From: an uncultured Bacilli bacterium
Lineage (GTDB): Bacteria; Bacillota_I; Bacilli_A; RFN20; CAG-449
Reading direction: 5' to 3'
Assembly: GCA_944332525.1 (NCBI GenBank)
Contig: CALVKD010000001.1
Span: 115,841-175,425, forward strand
DNA length: 59,585 nucleotides
The notes under the pieces were generated by a model that saw nothing but the letters and a program-made list of their open reading frames with translations, did not search any database and had not been told where the DNA came from. This document shows, piece after piece, positions 51,026 to 59,585 of this stretch; position 1 is the stretch's first letter; every line of letters starts with the position of its first letter. Made by a program: the position numbers and the translations under genes.

Positions 51026-53750
51026 CTTCTAAAACCTTTTTGCATCTCGCGCAAAGAGCTAAATCATTAACAAAGAAGACATCATCGTGATATGACCAGC
51101 AACGCGCGCATTTCGTGCCGGTATGCCGTGAAACGACAATTTCATTTGCTTCACTGTTTTCAATAACAACTTTGCTAACGATGAAGATATCTTTTAATTC
51201 TTCATTTGTGAAATTAGCTAATAATTCTTTAACTTTTTCATCGTTAACTTTTAATGTGACAACAGCTTCTAACCCAGATCCGATTAAGCTTTCAGAACGA
51301 GCCTTTTCTAACTCTCTCATAACTTTATCACGGAAATCATGGAATAAAGCATATTCTTCAAGTAATGATTCATCAAAATTATGACTCTCTTTAACCATGT
51401 CTTCTAAAGCGACATGGGAATATTTATGATATGGAATATTTTGATAAACTTCATCCATTGTGAAAACTAAAACTGGAGCTAAGAGAATATTAATGGTTGT
51501 AACAATTTGATAGATAACTGATTGATATTCTTTTCTTCTTGGTGAGTTAGCCTCATCGCAATATAAAGAATCTTTTGCAACGCTGGCGTAGAAAGCCGAA
51601 ACGTCTTGAACGAGGAAAGAAAGAATTTCTTGAGTTGCCGAAGCAAAGTCATAATTATTGTAATCAGTTAAAACATCGTTTTTAACTTTTTCTAAAGTAG
51701 CTAAGAGATATTGGCCAAGTTTAGAATATTTCTTGACCATATCAGTTTCAGGGTTGAAAGATTTATTCTCGCCATCGCTTAAATTAGCTAATAAGAACTT
51801 AAATGTATTTCTAATTTTTCTATATGTATCGGCAACAGTATTGATAATACTTTGTGAAATTCTAACATCGGCTTGATAATCAATAGAAGCTGTCCACAGA
51901 CGTAAAATATCGGCACCTGATTGACTGATAACCTTATTTGGATCCAGTCCGTTCCCTAAAGACTTACTCATCTTCATACCGTTTCCGTCCATAACAAATC
52001 CGTGGGAAACAACGGTCTTATACGGAGCATGTCCGGTGACTGCAACTGAGATAATTAATGAAGAGTTAAACCATCCCCGGTATTGATCAGCACCTTCTAA
52101 ATAGAGATCTGCCGGGAATTTATTTCCGCGAGCTCTTAAAACTCCGTTAAATGATGATCCGGAATCAAACCAGACATCCATAATATCTTTTTCTTTTCTA
52201 AATGGAGCTAATTCTGGATGTTTTTCTTTATAACCAGCAGGCAATAAATCATCGACATCACTTTCAGCCCAAATTCCCGAACCATATTGTCCAACTAAGT
52301 CAGCAATATGATCAAAGATTTCCTTCTCCATTAAAGCATTTCCGTTTTTATCATAGATAATTGGAAGAGGAACACCCCAAGCTCTTTGGCGAGAAATACA
52401 CCAGTCCTCCCGATCTTTAATCATATTATGCATACGGATTTTGCCCCATGAAGGAATCCAATTGACCTTTTCGATTTCATCGAGCAATTTTTCGCGGATT
52501 TTATCAATTGAGCAGAACCATTGCGGTGTCGCTCTAAAGATAACCGGCTTTTTAGTTCTCCAGTCATGTGGATAGCTATGGGTGATTTCATTTAATCCAA
52601 GCAATGCGCCTGTTTCAGTTAACATTTTGATGACTTCTTCATTAGCGTCTTCGTAGAAAAGTCCTTTTAAGCGGTCGCCGACAGTATCATCCATCTTACC
52701 GTGTTCATCAACTGGGCAGTATGGAGGAATATGATATTTTTTACAGACATTGTAGTCATCCTCACCATGGCCCGGTGCGATATGGACGCAGCCAGTACCG
52801 GCATCACTGGTAACATAAGCACCTTGAATAACTATAGATTCGCGGTCATATAAAGGATGTTTGACAGTAATATATTCAGTTTCTCTGCCTTTAAAGGTCT
52901 TAATCAAGGTACATTCGCTCAAGCCTAAATCAGCTTTCATTTTTTCTTCTAACTCAGTGAGGAAAACAAAGTTTCCCTTATCGGTTTTAAATAAACCATA
53001 TTCAAGATCTGGGTTTAAAGCGATAGCTAAGTTAGCCGGAATTGTCCAAGGTGTTGTCGTCCAAATAACGAAATAATCACCTTTATTTAATAATCCCTTG
53101 CCGTCTATGACCTCAAAGCGAACATAAATTGTCTTAGCTTTAATATCGTGATATTCAATTTCAGCTTCAGCTAAAGCAGATTCAGACGAAGGTGACCAAT
53201 AAACCGGTTTTAATCCTTTAAAAATTAATCCTTGTAAAGCCATTGAAGCAAAAACTTCAATTTGTGATTTTTCAAATTCTTTATCGAGTGTTAAATAACG
53301 TTTATCAAAATCAGCAAGGATGCCTAAGCGTTCAATTTGGCTTTTTTGACGCGCTACTTGCTGCAAAGCGAATTCTGTGCATTTTTCTCTAAATTCTTTA
53401 ATCGGTGTCGTCTTTCTATTTACACCTTTTTTAGTTACCGCATTTTCAATTGGTAACCCGTGGGTATCCCAACCTGGGAAAAATGGTGCATAGTAACCAT
53501 CCATATTCTTAAAACGGATAATTATATCCTTAAGAATTCTGTTTAACATATGCCCGCAGTGCATATCACCATTTGCATATGGAGGTCCATCATGAAGCAT
53601 AAAGCAAGGCTGTTTTTCATTTTTCTTTAAAATTTGTTGATACAAATGTTCTTCATTCCAGATTTTTAACATTGCCGGTTCTTTATTAGCTAAATTGCCG
53701 CGCATCTCAAATCCAGTTTTACCCATCAAGAGAGTTTTGTTAATTTCCAT
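51003..53750 (-). CDS. ileS: Isoleucyl-tRNA synthetase, type 1
   Basis: DGPPYANG, WCISRQR, KMSKS, C-terminal CARC...CARC zinc finger. Confidence 0.98.
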   Translation of the reverse strand: MEINKTLLMGKTGFEMRGNLANKEPAMLKIWNEEHLYQQILKKNEKQPCFMLHDGPPYANGDMHCGHMLNRILKDIIIRFKNMDGYYAPFFPGWDTHGLPIENAVTKKGVNRKTTPIKEFREKCTEFALQQVARQKSQIERLGILADFDKRYLTLDKEFEKSQIEVFASMALQGLIFKGLKPVYWSPSSESALAEAEIEYHDIKAKTIYVRFEVIDGKGLLNKGDYFVIWTTTPWTIPANLAIALNPDLEYGLFKTDKGNFVFLTELEEKMKADLGLSECTLIKTFKGRETEYITVKHPLYDRESIVIQGAYVTSDAGTGCVHIAPGHGEDDYNVCKKYHIPPYCPVDEHGKMDDTVGDRLKGLFYEDANEEVIKMLTETGALLGLNEITHSYPHDWRTKKPVIFRATPQWFCSIDKIREKLLDEIEKVNWIPSWGKIRMHNMIKDREDWCISRQRAWGVPLPIIYDKNGNALMEKEIFDHIADLVGQYGSGIWAESDVDDLLPAGYKEKHPELAPFRKEKDIMDVWFDSGSSFNGVLRARGNKFPADLYLEGADQYRGWFNSSLIISVAVTGHAPYKTVVSHGFVMDGNGMKMSKSLGNGLDPNKVISQSGADILRLWTASIDYQADVRISQSIINTVADTYRKIRNTFKFLLANLSDGENKSFNPETDMVKKYSKLGQYLLATLEKVKNDVLTDYNNYDFASATQEILSFLVQDVSAFYASVAKDSLYCDEANSPRRKEYQSVIYQIVTTINILLAPVLVFTMDEVYQNIPYHKYSHVALEDMVKESHNFDESLLEEYALFHDFRDKVMRELEKARSESLIGSGLEAVVTLKVNDEKVKELLANFTNEELKDIFIVSKVVIENSEANEIVVSRHTGTKCARCWSYHDDVFFVNDLALCARCKKVLEDEKLLER

Positions 53751-53766
53751 AACTATCCTTTCTAAT

Positions 53767-53985
53767 AAAAAAAACGTCCTATCTAAGGACGCTATTAACG
53801 TGGTACCACCTTAGTTCCTGAATTACAGGCACTCATTTGCTCGGTAACGACGAGATACGAATAAACTTACTAATTTCAGCTTACTAGCTCAGAAGTGATA
53901 AGTTTCTAGTCAAATCAATCATTTTCCACCAACCAATGACTCTCTATTTAACTCTACCTAGGCTTTTGTCTTCATCATAGCCGCT
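53767..53985 (-). promoter_or_regulatory. T-box riboswitch leader of ileS
   Basis: AGAGA and GGTGGAA motifs, ATC specifier at 53897-53899, AAGGTGGTACCACG at 53799-53812, terminator CGTCCT...AGGACG plus U tract. Confidence 0.93.
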
Positions 53986-54032
53986 AGATATATTATGCGA
54001 AATCTTCTATTTTTTCACAAGTAAAAAATTAC

Positions 54033-55097
54033 TTAGTCATAATCTTCAAGGGAAAATTCGTCAATATTATATAAATGCACTTGGTCATTTTCAAAAATTA
54101 TAGGAAACATTTTAAACGACGATGACTTAGTATTATCATTATGTAAATAAAATTTAGAGTTAGGAAGTTTGTCATCAGTAACCTTACGTTCATCGATTTG
54201 ATAATTTTTAAATGCTTTTGCAATTTTTTCGCGAGATTTGATACTATACGCCAAACTATCTCCATTTATTCTCCAAACATCTCCAAGAGCGATATATAAA
54301 TCTTTCTTTCCGTGAACTTTGATAACATCAGATACTTGCATATTAAAGCTATTTTCATTTTTATCATTAAGGCAGAGAATCCCTAAATCCTGATATTCAC
54401 CATGGTAATCATCAAAACTTGCTACCCAAGAAACATTTGGATCATATCCAGTTGTTCCAGAGGTAATCAAATAATGTTTTCCGTTTCTAACAAAGTGGGT
54501 TACACCTTCTCTAGTCAAAGGAGGAATTAAACCTTTATAATGCTTTGAAAACACTCCATTACATGCTAAATAATCATCTGTAAGCTCCGCGGTAATTAAT
54601 TCAAAATGCGGTCTTTCAAAAAAGATATAGCCTTTATTAGTTTTCTCATCGACATATAAATCAAAATCACCGCAGTTCATATCTAATGGATGGTAACAGT
54701 TTTTAGCGATTTGATAAGGTCCGAGAAGTTTATCACTAGTAAGAATAACCATCGCTTGTGAAATTAAACTAACCATGATTTTAATCCACATAACATATTT
54801 TTTTGTTTTTTGGTTATAGATGATATGCGGTCGATCAAGGCAGCGTCCTGGCTCAAGAGGTGAACGAGGATCCTTGCTTGGAGGAATAATTAATCCTAAA
54901 TCCTCAAAAGTACAAAGATCTTTGCTGCGATAAGCTCTAATTCCATATGTCCAGCTATGCGATAAGCGCGTGCTTTTTTCTTTATTTTCACCGATCCAAT
55001 AATAATAGCCGCCTTCATAAATAATCTGCGCGCCATGAGCATAGATAGGCTTGTTATTAGTATCGACAAAGAAGCTTTTACTATTAATTATTTTCAT
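54033..55097 (-). CDS. GH43 glycoside hydrolase, resembling subfamily 24
   Basis: AHG, YYWIGE, DRPH, GDFDLYVD, REG, SGTTGY, Q motifs. No signal peptide. Confidence 0.8.
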   Translation of the reverse strand: MKIINSKSFFVDTNNKPIYAHGAQIIYEGGYYYWIGENKEKSTRLSHSWTYGIRAYRSKDLCTFEDLGLIIPPSKDPRSPLEPGRCLDRPHIIYNQKTKKYVMWIKIMVSLISQAMVILTSDKLLGPYQIAKNCYHPLDMNCGDFDLYVDEKTNKGYIFFERPHFELITAELTDDYLACNGVFSKHYKGLIPPLTREGVTHFVRNGKHYLITSGTTGYDPNVSWVASFDDYHGEYQDLGILCLNDKNENSFNMQVSDVIKVHGKKDLYIALGDVWRINGDSLAYSIKSREKIAKAFKNYQIDERKVTDDKLPNSKFYLHNDNTKSSSFKMFPIIFENDQVHLYNIDEFSLEDYD

Positions 55098-56280
55098 TTC
55101 TTATCACCACATTAATACCTTTATCAAAAGAATTGCTCTCAAAAGAACACTTTTCTGATAAAGAGACTTCTTGAAATTTATTATTTTGGAAAGCATAAGC
55201 ATAGATATATTCTAATGAATCAGGCAAATTAAGATTTCCCGCAATTTGGTTATTATAAAACGCTTTACGAGAAATTAATCTCAAAGACGATTCTTCTTCA
55301 AAAGAAATAGATAATATCTGATTATTTTCAAAAGCTGATGAACGAATTTCTTCTAGTGAAGAATCAAAACTCAGAGAAGAAATTTTATCGTTCATAAAAG
55401 CTTGTGAGCCAATTATTTTTACATTAGAAACTGAAAGCGAAGAAAGATTATTGCAGTCTTTAAAAGATCCTAAGCCTATTTCAGAAACATTTGAAAGAGA
55501 TAATGTTTCCAATTTTTTATTACTATTAAAAGCGTGGCTAGATATCTCTTTTCCAAACAATGATAACGAAGTAAAACCGCAGTTTTCAAAAGCATAAGAA
55601 GCAATATTTGTAATATAGTCAAAATTTAATTCACTTAAATTCTCACAGTTTTTAAAAGCATAGGAATCAACCGCGGTGACACTTGATCCCAAAGTCACCT
55701 TTTTAAGCGAGGTACATTTTTCAAATGCTGAACCGGAAATATTAGTAAGTGATCCAGAAATATTCACTTCTTCTAAATGCTGATTATTCCAAAAACAATC
55801 AATGCCCATCGACTGTAAATTAGTGAAATTAAATGATTTGATTGCAGTTCCTTCAAAAACACCAGTTAATAAAGTTTTAACCTCTTCCCCACCGGTATAC
55901 GAAACTAAATTTTGGCAGTTAGAAAAGCAGTGATCTGGAAGAACTTCAATACTATCAGACATAATGACTGATTCTAATTTTTTGCAGTCGCGAAAAGCAT
56001 CATATCCGATAATAGTAACTGTATCAGGTATCGTAACTTCTTTTAAATAATTATTTCCTTTAAAAGCATTTTCCTGAATCGATACAACGGTGTAAACATT
56101 GTTATCAACGGTTATAGTTTCTGGAATATTTAAAACTGGGTAGTTATACCCTGAAGAAACGACCATCGCTGTCATATCGCCGTTATTTAACACATAATTG
56201 ATCGTGTTGTTATTTTGTCCGCATCCCATTAAAGACAAAGACAAAACGCAAACTGAAAACTTAACAATTTTTGAATTCAT
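55084..56280 (-). CDS. BspA-type leucine-rich repeat lipoprotein
   Basis: Lipobox LMGC and many TpLRR repeats (IPDTVTIIGYDAFRDCKKL). Confidence 0.9.
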   Translation of the reverse strand: MNSKIVKFSVCVLSLSLMGCGQNNNTINYVLNNGDMTAMVVSSGYNYPVLNIPETITVDNNVYTVVSIQENAFKGNNYLKEVTIPDTVTIIGYDAFRDCKKLESVIMSDSIEVLPDHCFSNCQNLVSYTGGEEVKTLLTGVFEGTAIKSFNFTNLQSMGIDCFWNNQHLEEVNISGSLTNISGSAFEKCTSLKKVTLGSSVTAVDSYAFKNCENLSELNFDYITNIASYAFENCGFTSLSLFGKEISSHAFNSNKKLETLSLSNVSEIGLGSFKDCNNLSSLSVSNVKIIGSQAFMNDKISSLSFDSSLEEIRSSAFENNQILSISFEEESSLRLISRKAFYNNQIAGNLNLPDSLEYIYAYAFQNNKFQEVSLSEKCSFESNSFDKGINVVIRNENN

Positions 56281-56980
56281 AGAGCATAATACCTCCGGCT
56301 ATCGCGACATTTAACGAATCAATATTACTCATATCAATTTTTGTTACAACATCGCATAAAGATAGATTTTCTTGACTAATTCCTTGGCCTTCATTTCCTA
56401 AGACTATGATAAATGGTGAGGAAATATTAACTTGTTCGATATATTGTTCACTCTGCAGAGATGTTCCGAGCAAGGTGAATTTGTTTTTAAATTCTTTTAA
56501 TTCCCTATCTTGATAAATTGGAATTGTGAAAATAGCACCTTTGCTTGCAGAAATTACTTTATCGTTATAGAGTGATGCAGAATCAGAAGAAAGAATTACT
56601 CCGTCATAAGAAAAAGCTAAAGCCGTCCTAATGATGGTTCCAACATTTCCAGGATCTTGCACTTTATCTAAATAGACATATTTTTTCCCGTTGAGAGGTC
56701 TTTCACCCATGTAAGAACAGACACCGATTACATTAGAAGTTGAAACATTGCAAGAAAGTTTTTCGATAATCTCATCAGTCACTAAAACTTTTTCAACATC
56801 ATACTCTGAATAATCACCTCTAGAAAATAAAATCTCTTTTAGTGAATTATGCTTATAAGCCTCTTTAATAAAATCTTCGCCGTCGACTAAAAACATCTGC
56901 TTTTCTTTTTTGACTTTATTCTTTTTAAGAAGAGCTAAATCTTTAATATGCGGATTGCTAAGAGAAGTAATTTCTTTCAT
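56261..56980 (-). CDS. TrmH/SpoU family RNA methyltransferase
   Basis: QDPGNVGTIIRTA, GNEGQG, SLNVA SPOUT motifs. Confidence 0.93.
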   Translation of the reverse strand: MKEITSLSNPHIKDLALLKKNKVKKEKQMFLVDGEDFIKEAYKHNSLKEILFSRGDYSEYDVEKVLVTDEIIEKLSCNVSTSNVIGVCSYMGERPLNGKKYVYLDKVQDPGNVGTIIRTALAFSYDGVILSSDSASLYNDKVISASKGAIFTIPIYQDRELKEFKNKFTLLGTSLQSEQYIEQVNISSPFIIVLGNEGQGISQENLSLCDVVTKIDMSNIDSLNVAIAGGIMLYEFKNC

Positions 56981-57616
56981 CTAATTAACCTTTCCATAAA
57001 TTAACTTTTGTGTTTTTTCTTTATAGTTTTGGCAATATTGCTCGACTAAATTATAAAACTTTTGCGAATGGTTTGCGACTTTATCATGGCAAAGCTCATG
57101 AATGATTACTGAATCGATTAATTCTTTAGAAAAGTGAACTAATTTAATTCCAAAAGTAATCTCATGACTTCTTAAATGATTGACGCCTAAGCAGGTTACC
57201 ATATTTCTAATTTTAATTTGATGATGACTTAATCTCATAATTTTTTCTAATTCTTCTAACCTATTAACGATATAGGAATACAATATTTCTTTAATTGAGA
57301 GAAAACCACTCCCGAGATTAACATAACAATGTTCATAATCAAATGATGACTTTCCGCGATTAATAAAATGATAGACGCTTCCAAAAATATAAACATAGCT
57401 ATCAGTATAAAGAGGTGTCAGATTGATTTTAGCTAATTTTTCATACGGAAAAATTTTTTCTAATCTTTCGCGAAGTGAAGATAAAGACGAATTTTCGCTA
57501 ATAGTCGTCGAAATAATCCCGTAGCAGAGATAAAAGGTTCTCCGATTTCGCGTTCCATACGTCACTTCAACTGGAATATTTAAGTTATGGAGATTAAGAT
57601 GCAAAGTTTTCTTCAT
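56981..57616 (-). CDS. YgjP/DUF45-type metal-dependent hydrolase
   Basis: VIIHELCH...HSQKFY motif. Start set at MKKTLH (57616). Confidence 0.8.
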   Translation of the reverse strand: MKKTLHLNLHNLNIPVEVTYGTRNRRTFYLCYGIISTTISENSSLSSLRERLEKIFPYEKLAKINLTPLYTDSYVYIFGSVYHFINRGKSSFDYEHCYVNLGSGFLSIKEILYSYIVNRLEELEKIMRLSHHQIKIRNMVTCLGVNHLRSHEITFGIKLVHFSKELIDSVIIHELCHDKVANHSQKFYNLVEQYCQNYKEKTQKLIYGKVN

Positions 57617-57713
57617 ATAAAACATTATAACAACTATCATTTTTTAGAAGAAGATTTTATTAAAAGATGTAATAACTTGTATCTTTCATCAAAAAATGAA
57701 AAAATAACTGCGT

Positions 57714-58169
57714 ATGGAAAAAATATTAGTAAGTGCCTGTCTCGTCGGCGATAACTGTAAATATGACGGAAAAAATAATCTTAATAAAGAGGTTTTATCA
57801 TTAACTGAATATTTTGATTTAATTTTAATTTGCCCTGAAACTTTTGGAGGATTAAAAACTCCACGTGTGCCTAGTGAGAGAAATGGAAAAAAAGTAATTA
57901 ATCAAAAAGGAAAAGATGTCACTCAAAATTATCTTGATGGAGCTTATCTCTCATTAGCTATCGCAAAAGAAAATCGTGTCCGTTACGCGGTGATGAAAGA
58001 AAAATCTCCTTCTTGCGGCGTCCATCAAATCTATGACGGAAGTTTCTCGCATAAAGCTATCAACGGAACGGGAATCACTAGTGAAATCCTTAAAGAAAAC
58101 GGAATCGAAGTTTTCTCTGAAAATGAAATACCATTGCTTCTTGCGAAAATAAAAAGGAACGGCTTGTAA
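57714..58169 (+). CDS. DUF523 family (TudS-like thiouracil desulfidase) Fe-S protein
   Basis: SACLxGxxCKYDG, CPE, PR, KEKSPSCG motifs. Confidence 0.88.
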   Translation: MEKILVSACLVGDNCKYDGKNNLNKEVLSLTEYFDLILICPETFGGLKTPRVPSERNGKKVINQKGKDVTQNYLDGAYLSLAIAKENRVRYAVMKEKSPSCGVHQIYDGSFSHKAINGTGITSEILKENGIEVFSENEIPLLLAKIKRNGL

Positions 58170-58215
58170 TTAATCCCAAAAGTTGGACTACGGGTAAAAT
58201 CTAATTTTATATTAA

Positions 58216-59088
58216 TTATAAATAGGATTGTTGTCTATATTGTATAGGTGATAATCCTTTTAATTTTGTTGTAATTCTACTTTTATTATAGTATTCAATA
58301 TAGTTAATCATTTCCTTTTCAAGTTCATTTAATGATTTAAATTCGTATTCATGTCCATAGAACATCTCTTTTTTCATAATCCCAAAGAAATTTTCCATCA
58401 CAGAATTATCTAAGCAATTGCCTTTTCTTGACATGCTTTGGATAATTCCTTTTCTCTTTAACATTGATTGATAATGATTCATTTGGTATTGCCATCCTTG
58501 ATCACTATGGAAAATTAATCCCGATAAATCATTATATTGGTTAAAAGCTTTATTAAGCATATCCACTACTTGATTATAATTAGGTCTTGTTGATATGTTA
58601 TAAGAAATAATTTCTCTGTTATGCATATCTAAAATAGGCGATAAATATAACTTGCCTGACGGAATACTAAATTCTGAAATGTCCGTTGTCCATTTTTGAT
58701 TAATTCTTGTTGTTTCAAAATGCCTTATTCCAGTTGCTTTATCTAATAATACGTTGTCGCATGTCCTACCAATTTCACCCCTATATGATTTATATTTTGA
58801 TCGTCGATTGATAGCTTTTAATCCCAATAATTTCATAATTCTTTGAACCTTCTTATGATTTATAATTATACCTCTATTTCTTAATTCTAAAGTGATTCGT
58901 GGATATCCATATCTTGCTTTGTTCTCATTGAATATTTCAACAATAATATCTTTAACCAATTTATCTTTATCTTCTCGTTTATATGTGTTTATTTCGTAGA
59001 AATAAGATGATTTAGAGATTTTCGATAATTTTAGAAGCGAGACTAATTTATACTTATGCCTTAATTCATTAACGATTTGTATTATTTC
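58216..59088 (-). CDS. IS3 transposase OrfB (DDE), expressed by -1 frameshift
   Basis: YGYPRI, WTTD, HSDQG, CLDN..MENF. The frame is open upstream of the tracked start to the slippery site (EIIQIVNELRHKY...). Confidence 0.93.
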   Translation of the reverse strand, partial: EIIQIVNELRHKYKLVSLLKLSKISKSSYFYEINTYKREDKDKLVKDIIVEIFNENKARYGYPRITLELRNRGIIINHKKVQRIMKLLGLKAINRRSKYKSYRGEIGRTCDNVLLDKATGIRHFETTRINQKWTTDISEFSIPSGKLYLSPILDMHNREIISYNISTRPNYNQVVDMLNKAFNQYNDLSGLIFHSDQGWQYQMNHYQSMLKRKGIIQSMSRKGNCLDNSVMENFFGIMKKEMFYGHEYEFKSLNELEKEMINYIEYYNKSRITTKLKGLSPIQYRQQSYL

Positions 59089-59585
59089 TTTTTTTCTCGC
59101 TTTAGTCTCTTCTGAACCAAGGCATCTAATTTTTTTAAAAATTCATTCTCCATATCTGTCATTTCTTTTTCTCTTTTGAGAACTTCGTATTGTCTTTTTA
59201 ATTCCTCAAACTCTTCCCGTTCTGAAGTAGTTAATGGAGAAGATTTAATTTTATTAATCTTTTCTTCTTTTGACTTCATAATCTTTTTAGGTCTCCCTTT
59301 TGGCTTTGATACTAATCCATTATATCCATTTTCTTCATATCTATTCATCCATGTAAAAATTGTTGATGCCCCTCCAGGAATATTATATTCCGCGGCTAAT
59401 GATGCTTTTGATCTACCTTCGTATACTAATTGCACTAACATCATTTTAAACTTTGCTGAATATTTTTGATTTTTACTTGGATGCTCAAGAGATTTTAACC
59501 CATGTAGTTTATAACGGTCAACTATTCTTTCTATTGTACAATAACCAACATTAAACTTTTTTGCTATTGTTTTTAATCCTAATCC
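59082..59585 (-). CDS. IS3 transposase OrfA (tandem HTH), 5' end off window
   Basis: Frame open to the window edge (GLGLKTIAKKFNVG...), GRPK motif, MENEFLKKL leucine zipper. Confidence 0.9.
   Translation of the reverse strand, partial: GLGLKTIAKKFNVGYCTIERIVDRYKLHGLKSLEHPSKNQKYSAKFKMMLVQLVYEGRSKASLAAEYNIPGGASTIFTWMNRYEENGYNGLVSKPKGRPKKIMKSKEEKINKIKSSPLTTSEREEFEELKRQYEVLKREKEMTDMENEFLKKLDALVQKRLKREKKK

Larger units (their letters stand above)
58165..59585 (-). mobile_element. IS3 family, IS150-like element; left end beyond the window
   Basis: Terminal IR TGTAATTAATCCCAAAAGTTGGAC at 58165; orfA and orfB overlap in -1 frame with an A7G slippery site at 59088-59095. Confidence 0.93.

Overview
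AT-rich, mostly minus-strand chromosomal segment of a low-GC Bacillota member. Gene content and order suggest a gut or rumen Bacilli lineage near Erysipelotrichales/Mollicutes (inference), and the genetic code is standard (TGA used as stop). The housekeeping backbone is tig-lon-engB-valS with a T-box, tyrS, mutS2-uvrC, an F-type ATP synthase operon with a Na+-type c subunit, rnhC, ileS-lspA-rluD with a T-box, and tRNA-Arg(UCU). Accessory content includes a ~15 kb glycoside catabolic cluster (GPH-type MFS, two HSL esterases, GH78, GH2, DeoR, membrane-anchored permuted GH3 plus a small membrane protein, GH43), a GT2-glf pair, an orphan CpsC/CpsD/CpsB tyrosine-phosphorylation module, an M6-type metalloprotease lipoprotein, a BspA-type LRR lipoprotein with a second GH43, an IS3 remnant beside the tRNA and an IS150-like element running off the right edge. 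The best candidates for something undescribed are three. First, a 23-codon leader ORF with a U-free then U-rich layout ending 4 nt before a terminator upstream of the uracil permease, which looks like PyrR-independent UTP-sensing attenuation. Second, a ~75 nt non-coding transcription unit with its own promoter and terminator upstream of cls. Third, a c subunit with three carboxylates around the ion site. All calls are from reading the sequence and motifs by eye; no database searches or folding programs were run.
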